Source: Malacoraja senta
Taxonomy: Eukaryota
Direction of reading: 5' to 3'
Length of the DNA stretch: 64,000 bases
NCBI GenBank assembly: GCA_038087875.1
Contig: CM075977.1
Location: 115,382,001-115,446,000 of the forward strand
Shown here: one piece after another, positions 25,200 through 37,960 of the stretch
How positions within the stretch are numbered: the stretch's first letter is position 1
Layout: the number at the start of each line of letters is the position of its first letter
The notes under the pieces: model-generated
The model's database searches: none
The model's input: only the letters and a program-made list of their open reading frames with translations
What the model was told of the DNA's origin: nothing
Program-made: the position numbers and the translations under genes

Positions 25200-27125
25200 T
25201 TTCAGGGATGCCAAGTGAAATAAAGAAGTTAATCAAATGGATATCCAATGACTATGGTAGAGCCTACATATCACCAGGGATAACAAGCCAAAGTCGGCGG
25301 TGATCTCTGCCAATGACACATCTCTATCAGATGATCTTAATGCTCTTTGTGCCCATTTTGTACAGGCAAACAAAGCTTCACCTATGTCTTTACCACCTCC
25401 CCCACTGGCTCTGTCCCACACATCTTGGTGGCAGAAGTCAATCTGCTTTTACAAGGGTATACTCTCGGAAGGTAGACGCCCTAAATGTATAGCCTGGACA
25501 GGTTCTAAAATTGTGCACCAATCAACCGGCAACAGTCTTTGCCGGCAACTTGAACCTATCACCTCCATAGTCTTTTGCCCCCATCTCCTTCAAGGAAACC
25601 TCCCAGCATCCCAAAACACATATTCTTCCAGGAAATCTCCAGCATTCCAATCCCCAAGAAAAATTAAGTAACCTGTCTCAAAGACTACTGCTCAGAAGTT
25701 CTAACATTGACCAAAATGAAGTGCTTTGAAAGACTGGTAATGGCCCACATTTGCAACAATCTGGACAATCCAAACACCCCACAATTTAAATACAGAATAT
25801 GTGGATCTCTGTAGGATGCCATCTACCTTATACTACATTCAGCCCTGGATTACCTTGACAATAAGAACACCTATTTCAGAATGCTGTGCATTGACTATAG
25901 TTCAGCCTTCAACACCATAATTCCAAATAAGCTCATCCCAAAACCTCTAGAACTTGGCCTAGGGGATTCCATCTGTAACTGGCTTCTAGACTTCTCAACC
26001 GGCAGACCTCGGTAGGTTAGAATTAGTCAGAACATTTCCCCCACCCTGACCCTCAACACTGGTGGCCCTCAGTCCTTTGCATTGCTCCCTGTACGCCCAC
26101 GGCTTAGTGGCCAAATACAATGCCAGAAAGATCTTTAATTTCAAGAAAGATACCACTGTTGCAGATCAGATCCAGAACAATAATGAGATGAAGTACAGCA
26201 AAGAGATCAAGAACCTAGTGTCATGGTATCATGACGATAACCTAATCCTAAACATCAGCAAAACAAAAGGGTTGGTTATTGACTGAAGGAAGCAGGGGGG
26301 TGAACAAAACCCTGTCCTCCTCAACAGAGTTGTTGTAGAGATGGTCAACAGCCTTAATGTTTAGAGGTATCCATATCACCACATCCTAACCTGCTCCCCT
26401 TGCATTTTTGCGATGATCAAGAAAGCACATCAGCATATTCACTTTCTCAGACATTTGTGAAAATGAGGCATGTTCACGGAATTTTCTTCAACTTCTGCAG
26501 ATGCACTAAAGAAGGTATTCTGATGGGATGCACTCAATCTGGTAAGGTCTCCTGAACCTGCAGAGAGTGATGAATGCAGCCTAGTCCATCAAAGGCTCGT
26601 CATTTCCTTCCATCCTGTCCACCTCCATGGCGCTTTGCATCAGGAAGGTTGAAAGTATCATCAAGGCTGCCTGTCACCCTGGCCATTCCCTTTCCTTTCT
26701 GCTGCTTTCTGAAAGATACAGGAGCTTGAAAGCTCTATAGTGCTAGTGTACGGGGTGATCGCTGGTCAGCGCAGGCTCAATGAGCCAAAGGGCCTGTTTC
26801 CGCACTGTATCTCGACATTCTAAAGAAAAGCCCAGACTTAAGAACAGCTTTTTCTCCCACTGTCATCCAACTCCTGAACCAATTACTTCTTTCACACCCC
26901 ATGCTGCATTCTTAACTCTATCTCGTTTGCTTTTTCTGTTATTGTACCTTAATATTATTTTGCACTACTCGGATTTCACACTACAATCTTGCACCATTCT
27001 ACTGTTTTGCACTAATTGTTGTATTTATTATTGTATTTATCATTACTATATGTATACTGCTTAATCTGTGAGCTTCATGTGAACAAGGAGTTTCATTGCA
27101 GCCTGGTGTATATGACAACAAATTA
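25200..27125 (+). mobile_element. Decayed Rex1/Babar LINE, with a V-SINE tail inserted at ~26736-26815
   Basis: [35 protein letters not shown] and KKAHQHIHFLR motifs, with stops and frameshifts. Confidence 0.85.
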
Positions 27126-27379
27126 CCATAATCTAATTTGTCCTTCTGTGTGAAATTGTTGAAATGAAACAACTACAGCTGAACAAAGACTTCAAAGAAT
27201 CTAGAAAAAAATGTATCAGTTCAACAAATTAAAACAAATTGTTGAAAAAGTATGTGTAACAACCATATCAAACTCTTAACATCAAAATATTTCTCTTAAA
27301 ACAGCAAGCTAGTGAAGTAGTTAAGTATATTTTCAAATGGCAATAAGCATCCATTACAAGCCTGCACAGTCTCACAGTT

Positions 27380-28230
27380 ACATCAGCCACTCTTTGCCAC
27401 ATCCTGCATCCTATATGTAGCCCATTCACCGAGTTCCTACATCGCCATCATATTACTTCTTTCCACACAGTTGCCTCTGAGATGGCTTCCTTCTTCCTGA
27501 ACCGTGGCTTCCTCTCCACCTTAGTTAGATTGCATCTCATCCATTTGCCACATTTCTGCTCTCAATCCCTCTCTTCCTGGACTAGTAAAGGATAACATTT
27601 TGTTGGTTCGCAGCCGCTAACCTACCAGCCTTTACAATCAACTGAACATCCTTCCTAATTTCCATAACTTCACCAAGATTCCACCACCAAACATATATTT
27701 CCTTCCCCTTTCCTTTCAGCGTTTTGTTGGGACTGTTCCCTTTGCGATTCCTTAATCTGCTCTCATACAGGAATCTAAACACATCTTACACTTCTAATGT
27801 GCTGCTTTTCTTGTTCACAATATGCTCACCTCTATATTTTAGAAACTGAGCACAGATTAGCGAAGCACTTTGCAGAACACCTACTTTCAGCCTTCAGGGA
27901 GAACCCTAAGCTTTATATTGTCTGCCACTTCCATTCTCATTCCTATTTGCCACTCTGACCTCTGTCTGAGACTTTATGTTACAAAGAGACTCAGTGTTTA
28001 AAGAACCATAGCTCATTTCCTGATGGGCATATTGTGACTTTCCAGATATGCAACTTGAGTTCTAGACCCAGTATCAAACAAACTGGGTCATCTATCTGTA
28101 ATCAAAACACAAAGTGCTGGAGGAACTCAGACATTTCCATTCCCTCGATAGATGCTGCCTGATCCACAAAGTTCCTCCAGCTCTTTGTGTTTTGCTAGAT
28201 ACTCCAGAATCTGCAGTTTCTTGTCTCATC
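27380..28230 (+). mobile_element. Highly decayed Penelope remnant plus collapsed inverted pLTR
   Basis: GAGATGGCTTCCTTCTTCCTGAACCGTGGCTTC; CACTTTGCAGAACACCT; pLTR pieces at 28105-28228. Confidence 0.6.
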
Positions 28231-28804
28231 TACTTGCGATATTGGCCCCATTTTCCTAACTCCATTAGGATAGCCTACCTTGCTGGTCTTGTTCTGCATC
28301 TCTGCATTTTGCAAATTTGCATTCCATTGCTTGTGTTCCCACTCTCAAACTCGCACACAGACAGACACGCATGTGTACACACTTTTCAATCCGTCTTCAG
28401 TTTGCATGCTACAGTTGGTAATGCAGATGCAATTTCTTTCAGCACTGCCGAGAGATATGTGTTTTTTCAGAGACAAAATGAGAAAACGCAAAACCCATGA
28501 CAATAACATTCAGGTTCAGTAACAGCTTCTTCCCAACAGCCATCAGGCTATTGAGAACTACAAATTCCAACTAAACTACAAACTACAAACTGCCTGGGTT
28601 GCTCAAGGGACTTTGGGCTTAGTTTTGTTTTGGCACTATACTGTTTTTTTTATTTATTGAACATTTTTATTTATTTTTTTAATTTAAGAATTTTACTGTT
28701 CCGTTTCTGAACATATGATAATAAAACACTCTTAACTCTCTTTTGAGATATCTTATAATTTGCATATCAGGTACAGCCTTCTTCAGACACATATTACAAA
28801 TTTC

Positions 28805-29315
28805 ATTTTTTTAGTTTAGAGATACAGCGCGGAAACAGGCCCTTCGGCCCACCGGGTCCACGCCGACCAGCGATCCCCGCACATTAACACTATCCTACGC
28901 TCATTAGGGACAATGTTTACATTCACCAAGCCAATTAACCTGCAAACCTGACAGGATGCGAGTTCACCCAAGAGCTCTCCCGAGTTTTAAAAAAAATCAA
29001 ACTCGTAGTATGTACGGAGCGGATACGTAGGACCTTGTGGATGTCCCGTAGCGGCTCGTAATGCTAACGGCAGGTACTCGGGAAACGCAGTAACACATGA
29101 AGTTTTTTCAACACTGTGAAAAATGTCCAAGAGTTTCCAGAGTACCTGCCGTTAGTTACCGCATTTCCCGAGTACCTGCCGTTCGCATTACGAGCTGCTA
29201 CGGGACATCCACGAGGTCCTACATACCTGCTACATACATACCACGAGTTTGATTTGGAATGTGGGAGGAAACCAAAGATCTCGGCGAAAACCCACGCAGT
29301 CACGGGGAGAACTAC
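28805..29315 (-). mobile_element. Young V-SINE interrupted by a MITE-derived palindrome
   Basis: SINE tail at 28805-28950; SINE core resumes at ~29253. Confidence 0.8.
28951..29253. mobile_element. TIR-less palindromic relative of the 23667 MITE
   Basis: Shares CTCTCCCGAGTTTTAAAAAAAATC and GCTAACGGCAGGTACTC with the MITE; long internal inverted repeat. Confidence 0.75.
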
Positions 29316-30358
29316 AAATTCTCCCTACAATTATATTGGCATAGTATTGTTGTTCTACTGCTGTGAATCATCTGTGCTGAATCCTGCATTTCTTTCTTTT
29401 AAAAATACAAATTAAGTGTTTCTGTGGGTTGACTGAGGCGAATAAAGAAATCTGCCCATTTTTAGTTAGAAAGTAGAATTTTACTTTTTCCCATTAATAT
29501 TTTCCTTTTGTGGACCCTTGTCGCATAACATTTTCAATACACTTCAAAAGACACTAACAATTGGGGGGGGGGGGGGGGGTTCTGCCAATCCCAGCAGTTC
29601 ACTAACAGAACCCATCATCCAAGGTAAGAGGCATGCAGAAAAATTGCACAATAACAGAGTTCCAAAGTTCTTATTGTGAACAAGGTGAAAAATCTGGCAG
29701 GTCTCAAGAGTGAAGGCTTCAAAATGAGAGGATTCCAATTTTACCAGGATCTTTCACCAAGTCCCCAAGTCCTTATAAAATCCCACCAGCTGAAATGGCC
29801 AGGAGCTCTGCAGACAAAGATAATTGATCCCAGATGGACTGATTACCTAGTTTGTCCCAGCAAGTGGTTCCTTTGGCATTTAAATACATTTTTGCCATGC
29901 TTTCTTATCCCTAGAATCCCTCAGGGAACATGGTGGACAAGCTGTTAGTATCTCAATTGCAAGTATAAATCAGAGCAAGTAAATCCTCCTCGTGGCCCCA
30001 CACCATGCCAATATAATTCCTCTTCATCCTCAAAATTTGGAATGGTATTTAGGGTTTGCTGCGTGAAAGATTAAATCCTCCCATCATTGACAGCCACAGA
30101 TTTAGATTGTTGTTTCAGTTATAGCGAACAGAAGTATGGAAATGACAACTTTAACTTTACCACTGGATGTACTGAAACCAGAAGCACAATATCCAATAGG
30201 TGCTTGATTTGTGGTAAGTTGGTGCTCTTTTTATACATACTAACCTGACATGAGAAATAAGTGACAAAAACCCTGCAGACACATACAGAATTATTTACTT
30301 ATAAATGTATTGACAGTATACTTCAGCCAACCACTGAAGATATTAATCTAAGGTTGGA

Positions 30359-30444
30359 CAAAATGTTTAAGAGGTAGACAACTCAGCGGGTGAGGCAGCA
30401 TCTATGGAGCGAAGGAAATAGGTGACGTTTCGGGTCGAGACCCT
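30359..30444 (-). mobile_element. Short Penelope pLTR insertion with truncated hammerhead
   Basis: Minus strand AGGGTCTCGACCCGAAACGTCACC; possible 6-bp TSD GTTGGA. Confidence 0.75.
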
Positions 30445-30574
30445 GTTGGAGTTCACTCTATATTTGTCACAATAGGTTCCTTTACCTTGTTCCCATTCCG
30501 GAATCCAATTAAGCCTCTACCAGTGAACTTTTAAGATTTTTTCATTAATTTTTCAGGAACTGGACTTTGTTGCA

Positions 30575-31020
30575 AGGCTCTTCTCGAACTGCCCTTGAGA
30601 AGGTAGTGGTGACTTGCATTCTTGAATTATTCTTCTGAAGATGTTCGCACCGTTCAACTCTGGAGGGACTCCCATCATTTAAATCCAGCAACAGTGAAGG
30701 AATGATAATGTTTTTGTTCATGTCAGGATGGTGAGTGACTTGGAGGGAAGAAGTAGGTGACGGTGTTCCATACACCTGCTACACTTGCCCATCTTGGTGA
30801 TAGCGGTCATGGGTTTGAGCAATATCATCCGAGCAGTCTAGATAAGTAACTGGAGTTCTTTTTGAAAGCTGTGCACACTCTACCTTTGTGTACCAGTGTT
30901 TGGGGAAATTAGTGTTTGGGGTGATCGATGAGATGCAGTCAAGAAGGCCGATTTATCCTGGGCAGTGTCAAGCTTCTTGAGCATCGTTCATTGAAACTTA
31001 ACTCAGGTCAATAGAGAAGT
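30575..31020 (-). mobile_element. Old CR1/L2-group LINE 3' fragment
   Basis: Minus strand TTCAAGAATGCAAGTCACCACTACCTTCTCAAGGGCAGTT resembles a LINE ORF2 end. Confidence 0.55.
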
Positions 31021-32379
31021 TTGAATTGTGTCTTGAAAATTAGGTTATGAAATTAACTACTGAGTACATTGAAGCCCAGGGGCTACAATATCCAATAGGT
31101 TTGTGAGCATAAAATTGGTAAGGACTCTTAGGCCCAAATGGCCATTTTAGTAAATAACAATCTTTTAAAAATCCATGTAGGAATTTGCAAATCAAATCTA
31201 TTTCATTTTATTCCATCACGCAGAAGTTGAAACTATTAAAATAACAGGCGTTTTGAAGAAATAAGCTAGTTTTTTTTTTTTTGCAGAGCCCTAGAAGAAA
31301 AGAATCCTCATCAAGAAAAGAAGGGTGACCTGAAATTGGTCTTTAAGATCAGGAAAGTATTTTGCAGAGTGGAGATAGATAAGATGTTAACATACAAGAG
31401 AGATTTCAACACTAGGATTATATATGTGAGATATTCACCAATAAATCCAACAGGGATTTCAAAAGATTCTTCAATCCTACTGCATTGGCTAGTTAGGGAA
31501 AGTAACATTGGTGAAAAATAATGATCTAAGAGACAGGAGGAAAACAAATAAAAGGTTATATCAGTGGAAAGAGAAGAAGACAAATGGCAGGAGGCATTAA
31601 AGCATAATCACTAGAATAATCATTTGGTCAAATGATCCACTTTGATATGGTAAATTCTATGCATTTTAGTGTAAATGTTGATTGCTCGTATCATGTGTGG
31701 AGTGAAGGGCTGAACATGAGCCATACAAGTCAGAAAATCTGCAAACTAAACTAAGTCAGGAGCTCATTTTGAGCTTTCGATCTTTATTCTCTCAAACTAA
31801 ATTGAAAGTTGTTTAAAACTGTGGCATGTTTGAGATTAGCAATTTTCAGAAAGAATTGCAAGAGATTTGGCAATTACGCAGAGGGATGTGGCTGTCGAAA
31901 GTGTATAAAGCTCGTGATAACCACAATCCAAAGTCATGTTACTGGGAAGCCTCGGACATGGTAAATGCAGAGTGTAAAATCAAAACATCGATTGAAAAAA
32001 GGTGTAAACATTTATTAATGCAATTAAATAAATTGCAGTGGGGCTGTTTAAAGAAACATTAAAGAAAAACACAATCAACAGCCACCGAGTTCAGTATGAA
32101 TACGGAATATGATATCTTAAACAAGTGTGGAATGAATTTAAGCAACATATTAAATAGAATTAGGGAGATATAAGGGAAAAGAGACATCTCACACATGGAG
32201 TGAATTTAACATGAAAAGAAGTTGCCACCATTCTGAAAATTCTTAGCTCAACATTCAAGAGGCTTGTGCACAAAATTCTAGGCAGACACATTAATGTGAA
32301 ACAAAGAGATTGGTGTATTCTCAATGGCAGCATTATTCTTACGCCACTTATTCTTATTCAACCAGCTTAATGCAAAAAA

Positions 32380-32590
32380 AACTGCTGCAATGTCTGAAAG
32401 AAGAGGTAAGATGTCCTTCTTGTCTTGGCAAAGATATAGCTCTCCTTCAATATCACAAAAATAAATTAACGTAACTGTTTGTGGAAATTTGCTATATGGA
32501 AATTTGTTGCCATTTTTATGTTAACACTGACTACAAATAATCTCACTGAATGTAAGACATTTGAGAATTCCAAAGGTTAGGAAAGGTGCC
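32380..32590 (+). mobile_element. Deu-domain SINE 3' remnant
   Basis: CTGTTTGTGGAAATTTGCT..AAATTTGTTGCC..GAAAGGTGCCAAGTAAGTACAAGTCT resembles the SacSINE1/AmnSINE1 tail as I recall it. Confidence 0.55.
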
Positions 32591-32859
32591 AAGTAAGTAC
32601 AAGTCTAACATTTTTTAAACTCCAGATCATCTTTAGCTTCCAAAATCAAGGCTTGATCCTCAAACTGAAACTCTTCCATGAAGAACAAGTAAATAATTCA
32701 TCAGCAGAATTAAAAGATATATGGATTAAATGGAGTGATCCCAGTTTTACTCTAAACCAATTGATTGCCATAATAAATATGCCAATTTTGAATATAGCAA
32801 ACAACTAAGCGATACTTTTAAAAGATGAGGACTATTTAGCCATAAAGTTATGGAATAAT

Positions 32860-33310
32860 ATAGCATGCAAACAGGCCCCTTGGCTCAACTCATCCACACC
32901 AACCAAAATGAACAACTGAGCTAGGCATAGTCGGATTTTACTGGATTTTATCTTGTACTGACCATTATTCCCTTCATCCTGTATCTGTACATTGTGAACG
33001 GCTTGATTGTAATCATGTATACAGTCTTTCTGCTAACTAGATAGCATACAACTAAAAAGCTTTTCACTATTCCTCGATACACGTGACAATAAACTAAACT
33101 AAACTAAACATAGGCCTATATTCCTCCAAACATTTCCAAACCATGTACCTGCCCAAACGTTTTTGAAATGTTATTATTGTATCAGCCTCGTGCACTTTGG
33201 CTAGCAGCTCATTCCATATACACACCACCCTCTGCATGAAGAGGTTGCCCTTTTAAATCTTTCCCCTCTCACCTTAAACCTATACCACCTTGTTTTTGTT
33301 TCTCCATCCT
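32860..33310 (-). mobile_element. CR1 3' remnant interrupted by a + strand LINE tail (32935-33108)
   Basis: RWYRFKVRGERFK on the minus strand; the insert ends in (CTAAA)n. Confidence 0.65.
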
Positions 33311-33571
33311 GTTCCAGATCTACAATGGAATGACCTAGTAGGGGTGTTATGCTTGGAGACACCCATTTGCAAATGCAGAAACATAATATTGCAGAGGCTG
33401 AAAACTTGTAATGAATAAAACAGATCATCCAGATGTTGTCAATAGTTAATATAAATGTAAAGGATGTTAGAAAGAAAAACAACATTGGTTACAACAGCCA
33501 CTAAATGAACAACTCTTTTGTTTTGGAAGCAGTTTAAGTTTGCATTTCTCACAAAGTAGTAGCCTAACTTC

Positions 33572-33677
33572 ATAGATACATAGATACATAGAAAATAGGT
33601 GCAGGAGTAGGCCATTCGGCCCTTCGAGCCTGCACCGCCATTCAATACGATCATGGCTGATCATCCAACTCAGTATT
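33572..33677 (-). mobile_element. CR1 3' UTR fragment
   Basis: Reverse complement of GAAGGGCCGAATGGCCTACTCCTGCACCTAT with a tandem 8-mer tail. Confidence 0.85.
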
Positions 33678-34529
33678 CAGAAGTGTGCCTATCCGCACTG
33701 TAGAATACAATACATTGATGTGAGATTTCCTTAGGGGCACTGCTCACAATATTAGGGCAGCATGAGATAAAATGTAAAACAAGGTTTTCCCAATGTTACT
33801 GGTCATTCCCAACAATCCCAAGAAAATGATTACTGTTCAGAGAATACAATTCCGCTACTAAATGTTATGCACAAGACAGCAGTTGTTCCTGATAAGGAGA
33901 GTCAGATTTGTAGAAAATATTACTCATTTTCTCTCAATAATTATTGCTCAAACTACCAATGCAACATTACTGGAATGTTAGTTTTGACCAAAGTTTTATC
34001 TAAGCTTTATATGAAAATTTCATTAGCTCGAACAGGCCAAAGCTCATTTGCATGCTTATGTGTGTGCATGTGTGCATGCATGGGTGATGCTTAACGTATT
34101 ACATTTATACTATTTTTTAAATCAATAATGTTAATTGATTATTTTTACAGATACATTAAAGTAACTCCCAGCTCAGTCAACATTACAAAGTCCTCATAAC
34201 AAACATCTGAGGACTAGTGAAGGCTCAAAATATAATTAAATTGAGGAAACAGACATTAGTGATACATTTACAGTATTTTTTGAGGAATGTTTAAATTATT
34301 TAAAGTAAGTAATGGTTCTGAGCTTCAGATTTATTCCACATATGATCCCCGAGGCAGCCTGGCATGGCCTAACAGGGCTGCTCGGGTTCTGGGCTTCATT
34401 ACCATGGCCATGCCACAAAGGTGGAGGGTTCATGACAGACATCAGGGCTCAGACAGCAGAGCACTAGACCCTGCCCCTGACCATCTTGATCGTCTTCTGA
34501 CACATTATGCCGTGGGAGTCCCTGACGGG

Positions 34530-34660
34530 TGTGAGAGGTTATGGGGAGAGGTTATGGGGAGAAGGGGTTTGTAGGGAGAGATAGATCAGCCATGATTGAA
34601 TGGCAAAGTAGACTTGATGGGCCGAATGGCCTAATTCTACTCCTATTACTTATGACCTTT
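34530..34660 (+). mobile_element. CR1 3' UTR fragment
   Basis: GATCAGCCATGATTGAATGGC..GGGCCGAATGGCCTA. Confidence 0.75.
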
Positions 34661-36394
34661 TAACTGCTTCTAAATGTGTCCAAATCTGAAACATTAAAAA
34701 TAATTAATATCCATTAAAATATTTTTTAAACTGAATTTTGCCAATGAGTTGTTCATAACATTTAAAATATATTTTTTTAACTTACCTGATGTTAATAAGA
34801 TAATATAATAATTATCATTAATTGATATAATATCAATTAATTATACTAATGTCAATTAAATATAAGGAAAATAATTTCTAATCTTTCAATTCAGAATAGC
34901 GATCCAATTTCAGGGACATAAAATGGTGGGGACCAAGATGAAGTACATCTAGCCCCTCAGTTTTATGCTAAATCCCAAAATTGGTTTATACTAACGGACA
35001 GCAATTCAGAGGAATCAAATTACCAGCAATCATGATTATTTCACATTCCCTCTTTCCTTAACCATTGGACATTTTCTTCACCTTCCTGGCATCTGGTTTA
35101 TTCCCAGTTTCTTTTCCAAAATATCCAAGCTCTGTAATATTTTCTTCCCAGATTCAGTGCTTCAACTCCACTGTGTTCAGTCCCACTAAGAACAGCCCTC
35201 AGTGCTACATTCCCCACGTGTTCTCAGCTGCATTTCGCTGAAATCAGCACACAGATTCTGTTCCCACTTACCGACTCACCTGATTGCATCTTGTCATTAC
35301 TTTTTTCTACGACTCCCGGCAATATCACTGGAAATTGTCGAAAATATTATAACGTTTAAAAAATGCTATAGCAGTTCTCAAAGAGTTAATGTAGAAGTAC
35401 TGTTCCAATCTATAACAAGTTGACAGAAACAATGATAACTTTTCGCTAGTATATACCAACCGGGTGACACAATCCAGATGTTTTTTCCCTCTTTTCTCGA
35501 AATGAGGCCCAATTTAAATCATTTGCCTTAAGGCAAGGGGTCAGTGATAGCACCCAGATCACATTGGTCCCGTCTCAACCAGCGGCTTCTCCACAAACAA
35601 AGCAAACTACTGTTGAGGCAAACATTTCAGTCCTCAATGTCTCATCATCTTGCCGGGAGAAAATGCCTGCGGCAGCAACAAGCAATCACATTGCCCAGCC
35701 AGACAAATTGGTGGAAAACTGTTTTATAACAAAGATTCTGCAGTCCGTACAGAGGAAGATAGTCAAATTACAGGTAGCTTGATGCCTCCGTTGTTCGCAT
35801 GCAATGATGAAACTACAAGTGGCTGAATTGTATGTGTACAAGCAGCATCAGAACACGCGGCATGTGCCAGCTTTTGAAGCATGAGTTGGCTCCTCTTCTT
35901 TTCTGCTTCTTCCTTTCTAGATGACGAGCCTCATTGTCTTTTCTCTTCCGTCTGGTTAGTAACTCAAAGAGCCTGGTCAAAATCGGTAGTTGCCTTTCTA
36001 CGCAGATGCACCAGAAAAAATGCATCGGAATGTGTTTCATAAATTTTTAGATGAAGGTGTTAAATAATCTACTGTTGGCACAGTTGCATTTAATCTTGAG
36101 ATGGGCAACTGAAATGCCAATGTTACACCCTTCAAAAAGCAAGGTAAAAATGGTTTGGGAGTTCACCTATTATCATGTAAGGCAGACTAAATTTGTGCAG
36201 TGAAAGCACAAAAGCAATTTTATCATAAATCGATTGGGCAATGGCTAGTTGTGAACCAGATTATATAAACTAAGCAAGGGGATAGCATGATATTTGAGGA
36301 TAAATTAATCTAGAACTGTTGGAACAAAAAAATAATATTCTGTAATTGCTATTCTACCCAGCCAAAATATATATAGAAAGATTTTTAGTGTATA

Positions 36395-36755
36395 CTAGAC
36401 GACCCGTGAACCCGTTGGGTTCCCGTTGTGATGCCAGTATTAGATCAAAATAGCAATCTGAAAAAGGCGATCTCATCATGTATATATATATATATATGTA
36501 TGTACCCGAAATACAGCCAAAACGGTACACGATAGCACAACAATTTGAACGAAACTTGATACTGCACACTGCAGGCGAATGGTGAGTAAGGTGCCGCTAA
36601 AATTGTTACGCTATCGTGTACCAATTTGGCTGTATTTCGGGAACATACATACATACATACACACATACATACATACATACATACATACATACATACATAC
36701 ATACATACACACATATGTACATACATACAAGATGACACTTTTAGTTATATATAGA
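36395..36755 (-). mobile_element. Complete non-autonomous Helitron (361 bp)
   Basis: Minus strand A|TCTATATATAACTAAAA...GAACCC-AAC-GGGTTC hairpin, 9 nt, CTAG|T; AT target site, no TSD; internal (TA)n and (CATA)n. Confidence 0.85.
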
Positions 36756-36788
36756 TTCAGACAAACATTTCAAATAATACAGATATCA

Positions 36789-36980
36789 TCTATACATAAC
36801 TAAAACTGATCTTGTCCTCTTCCGGTTCGCGCGGTTTTTCTATTTGCGCAAAAACGGTACATGATAGTGCTACGATTTTTCATCAGCCCACTCACCGTTC
36901 TCCTGTGCTGCGATTGCAACAAGTTTCGTTCCGATCGGTAGTATATTGTAAAAGTTTAAAAATCATAAAAACCGCGTGTA
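36789..36980 (+). mobile_element. 3'-truncated non-autonomous Helitron
   Basis: A|TCTATACATAACTAAAACT start; shares AAAACGGTACA-GATAG with its neighbour and its 5' end with 8821. Confidence 0.7.
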
Positions 36981-37269
36981 GCAAAGGAGATTCAATGGCC
37001 CATAACCTATTTCATTTCCTACTTCTTATCATCATGAGTTCTTTACGATTAGATGTGGGACAAGAGAGAACAGTGAGATGATATGGTAAGGGCAGCTTGA
37101 TGGCAAAAGGACAGACAACTGTCCAGCAGCTTGAGGTGACAATACCATGAAAGGTTGACAACTAAAAGAAAGGAAATTAAAGAGTATTTTTCAGAGGTAG
37201 GGCTGAAGGTAAATTGAAAGATGATGATGTGTTGATAGCAAGGAAAATAAGAGCAGTAGCCAGTTCAGT

Positions 37270-37960
37270 TCAAATAAATCTCGGTCAGAACTTGAGGCAT
37301 GTATGGCACAAGCTTAGGGGTCAGGACAAGGGGTCGAGAAGTGAATGAAAGTAAAAGGGTAGGTGTTGCATCTCCTGTGGTTGTATGGGAAATGGGTGTT
37401 TTTGCAGGGGTATGATTGGTAAAGAAGAGCAAACCATTGATAATGAAAAGTGTGGAAAAATATCTCCCGTAGTGTAATCTCATAGAAAGTGATGCATTAA
37501 ATCTGGAGACTGGCAAGATGGAAAGCAAGCACACATTTTTATTCGAGCTGGGTGGAGAGCAGATGAGAGCAGAGGTGTGGAGAAGGTCCTGTCAGCTCTG
37601 ACAATGAAGGAGCCAAGGTTAAGGAAGAAGTAAAACATCTCAGAAATACTGGTGTGGAAAATCTTAACTTCAAACAGATGCAACAGAAATTGAGTAACTG
37701 GAAGAATAGAATGAAGTATTTACAAGAAATATGGTTGGTCTGTAGGCTTGTTGTGGATATTGGTTACAAGCATATCACCTGAAATGGAGATAGATAAGTC
37801 AAGAAAGGTAAAGGAAGAGTTAGAGATTGGCCATGTGAAAATAATGGCAAGGTGGAAATTGCAAGTACATTTAATGGGTTTGATAAATGTTGTAAGTCCA
37901 AGAAGCAGTACAATATGACACAAAAAAATGAGGGTAGGATCCTGAATAGACTGAAACAAA
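37270..37960 (-). mobile_element. Decayed Penelope RT remnant
   Basis: FTWPISNSSFTFLDLSISISGDMLVTNIHNKPTD is a PLE RT C-terminal motif. Confidence 0.75.

Noticed and set aside
36354-36803. YIHT/MYVC-repeat ORFs
   Set aside because: Translations of the microsatellites inside the Helitron.
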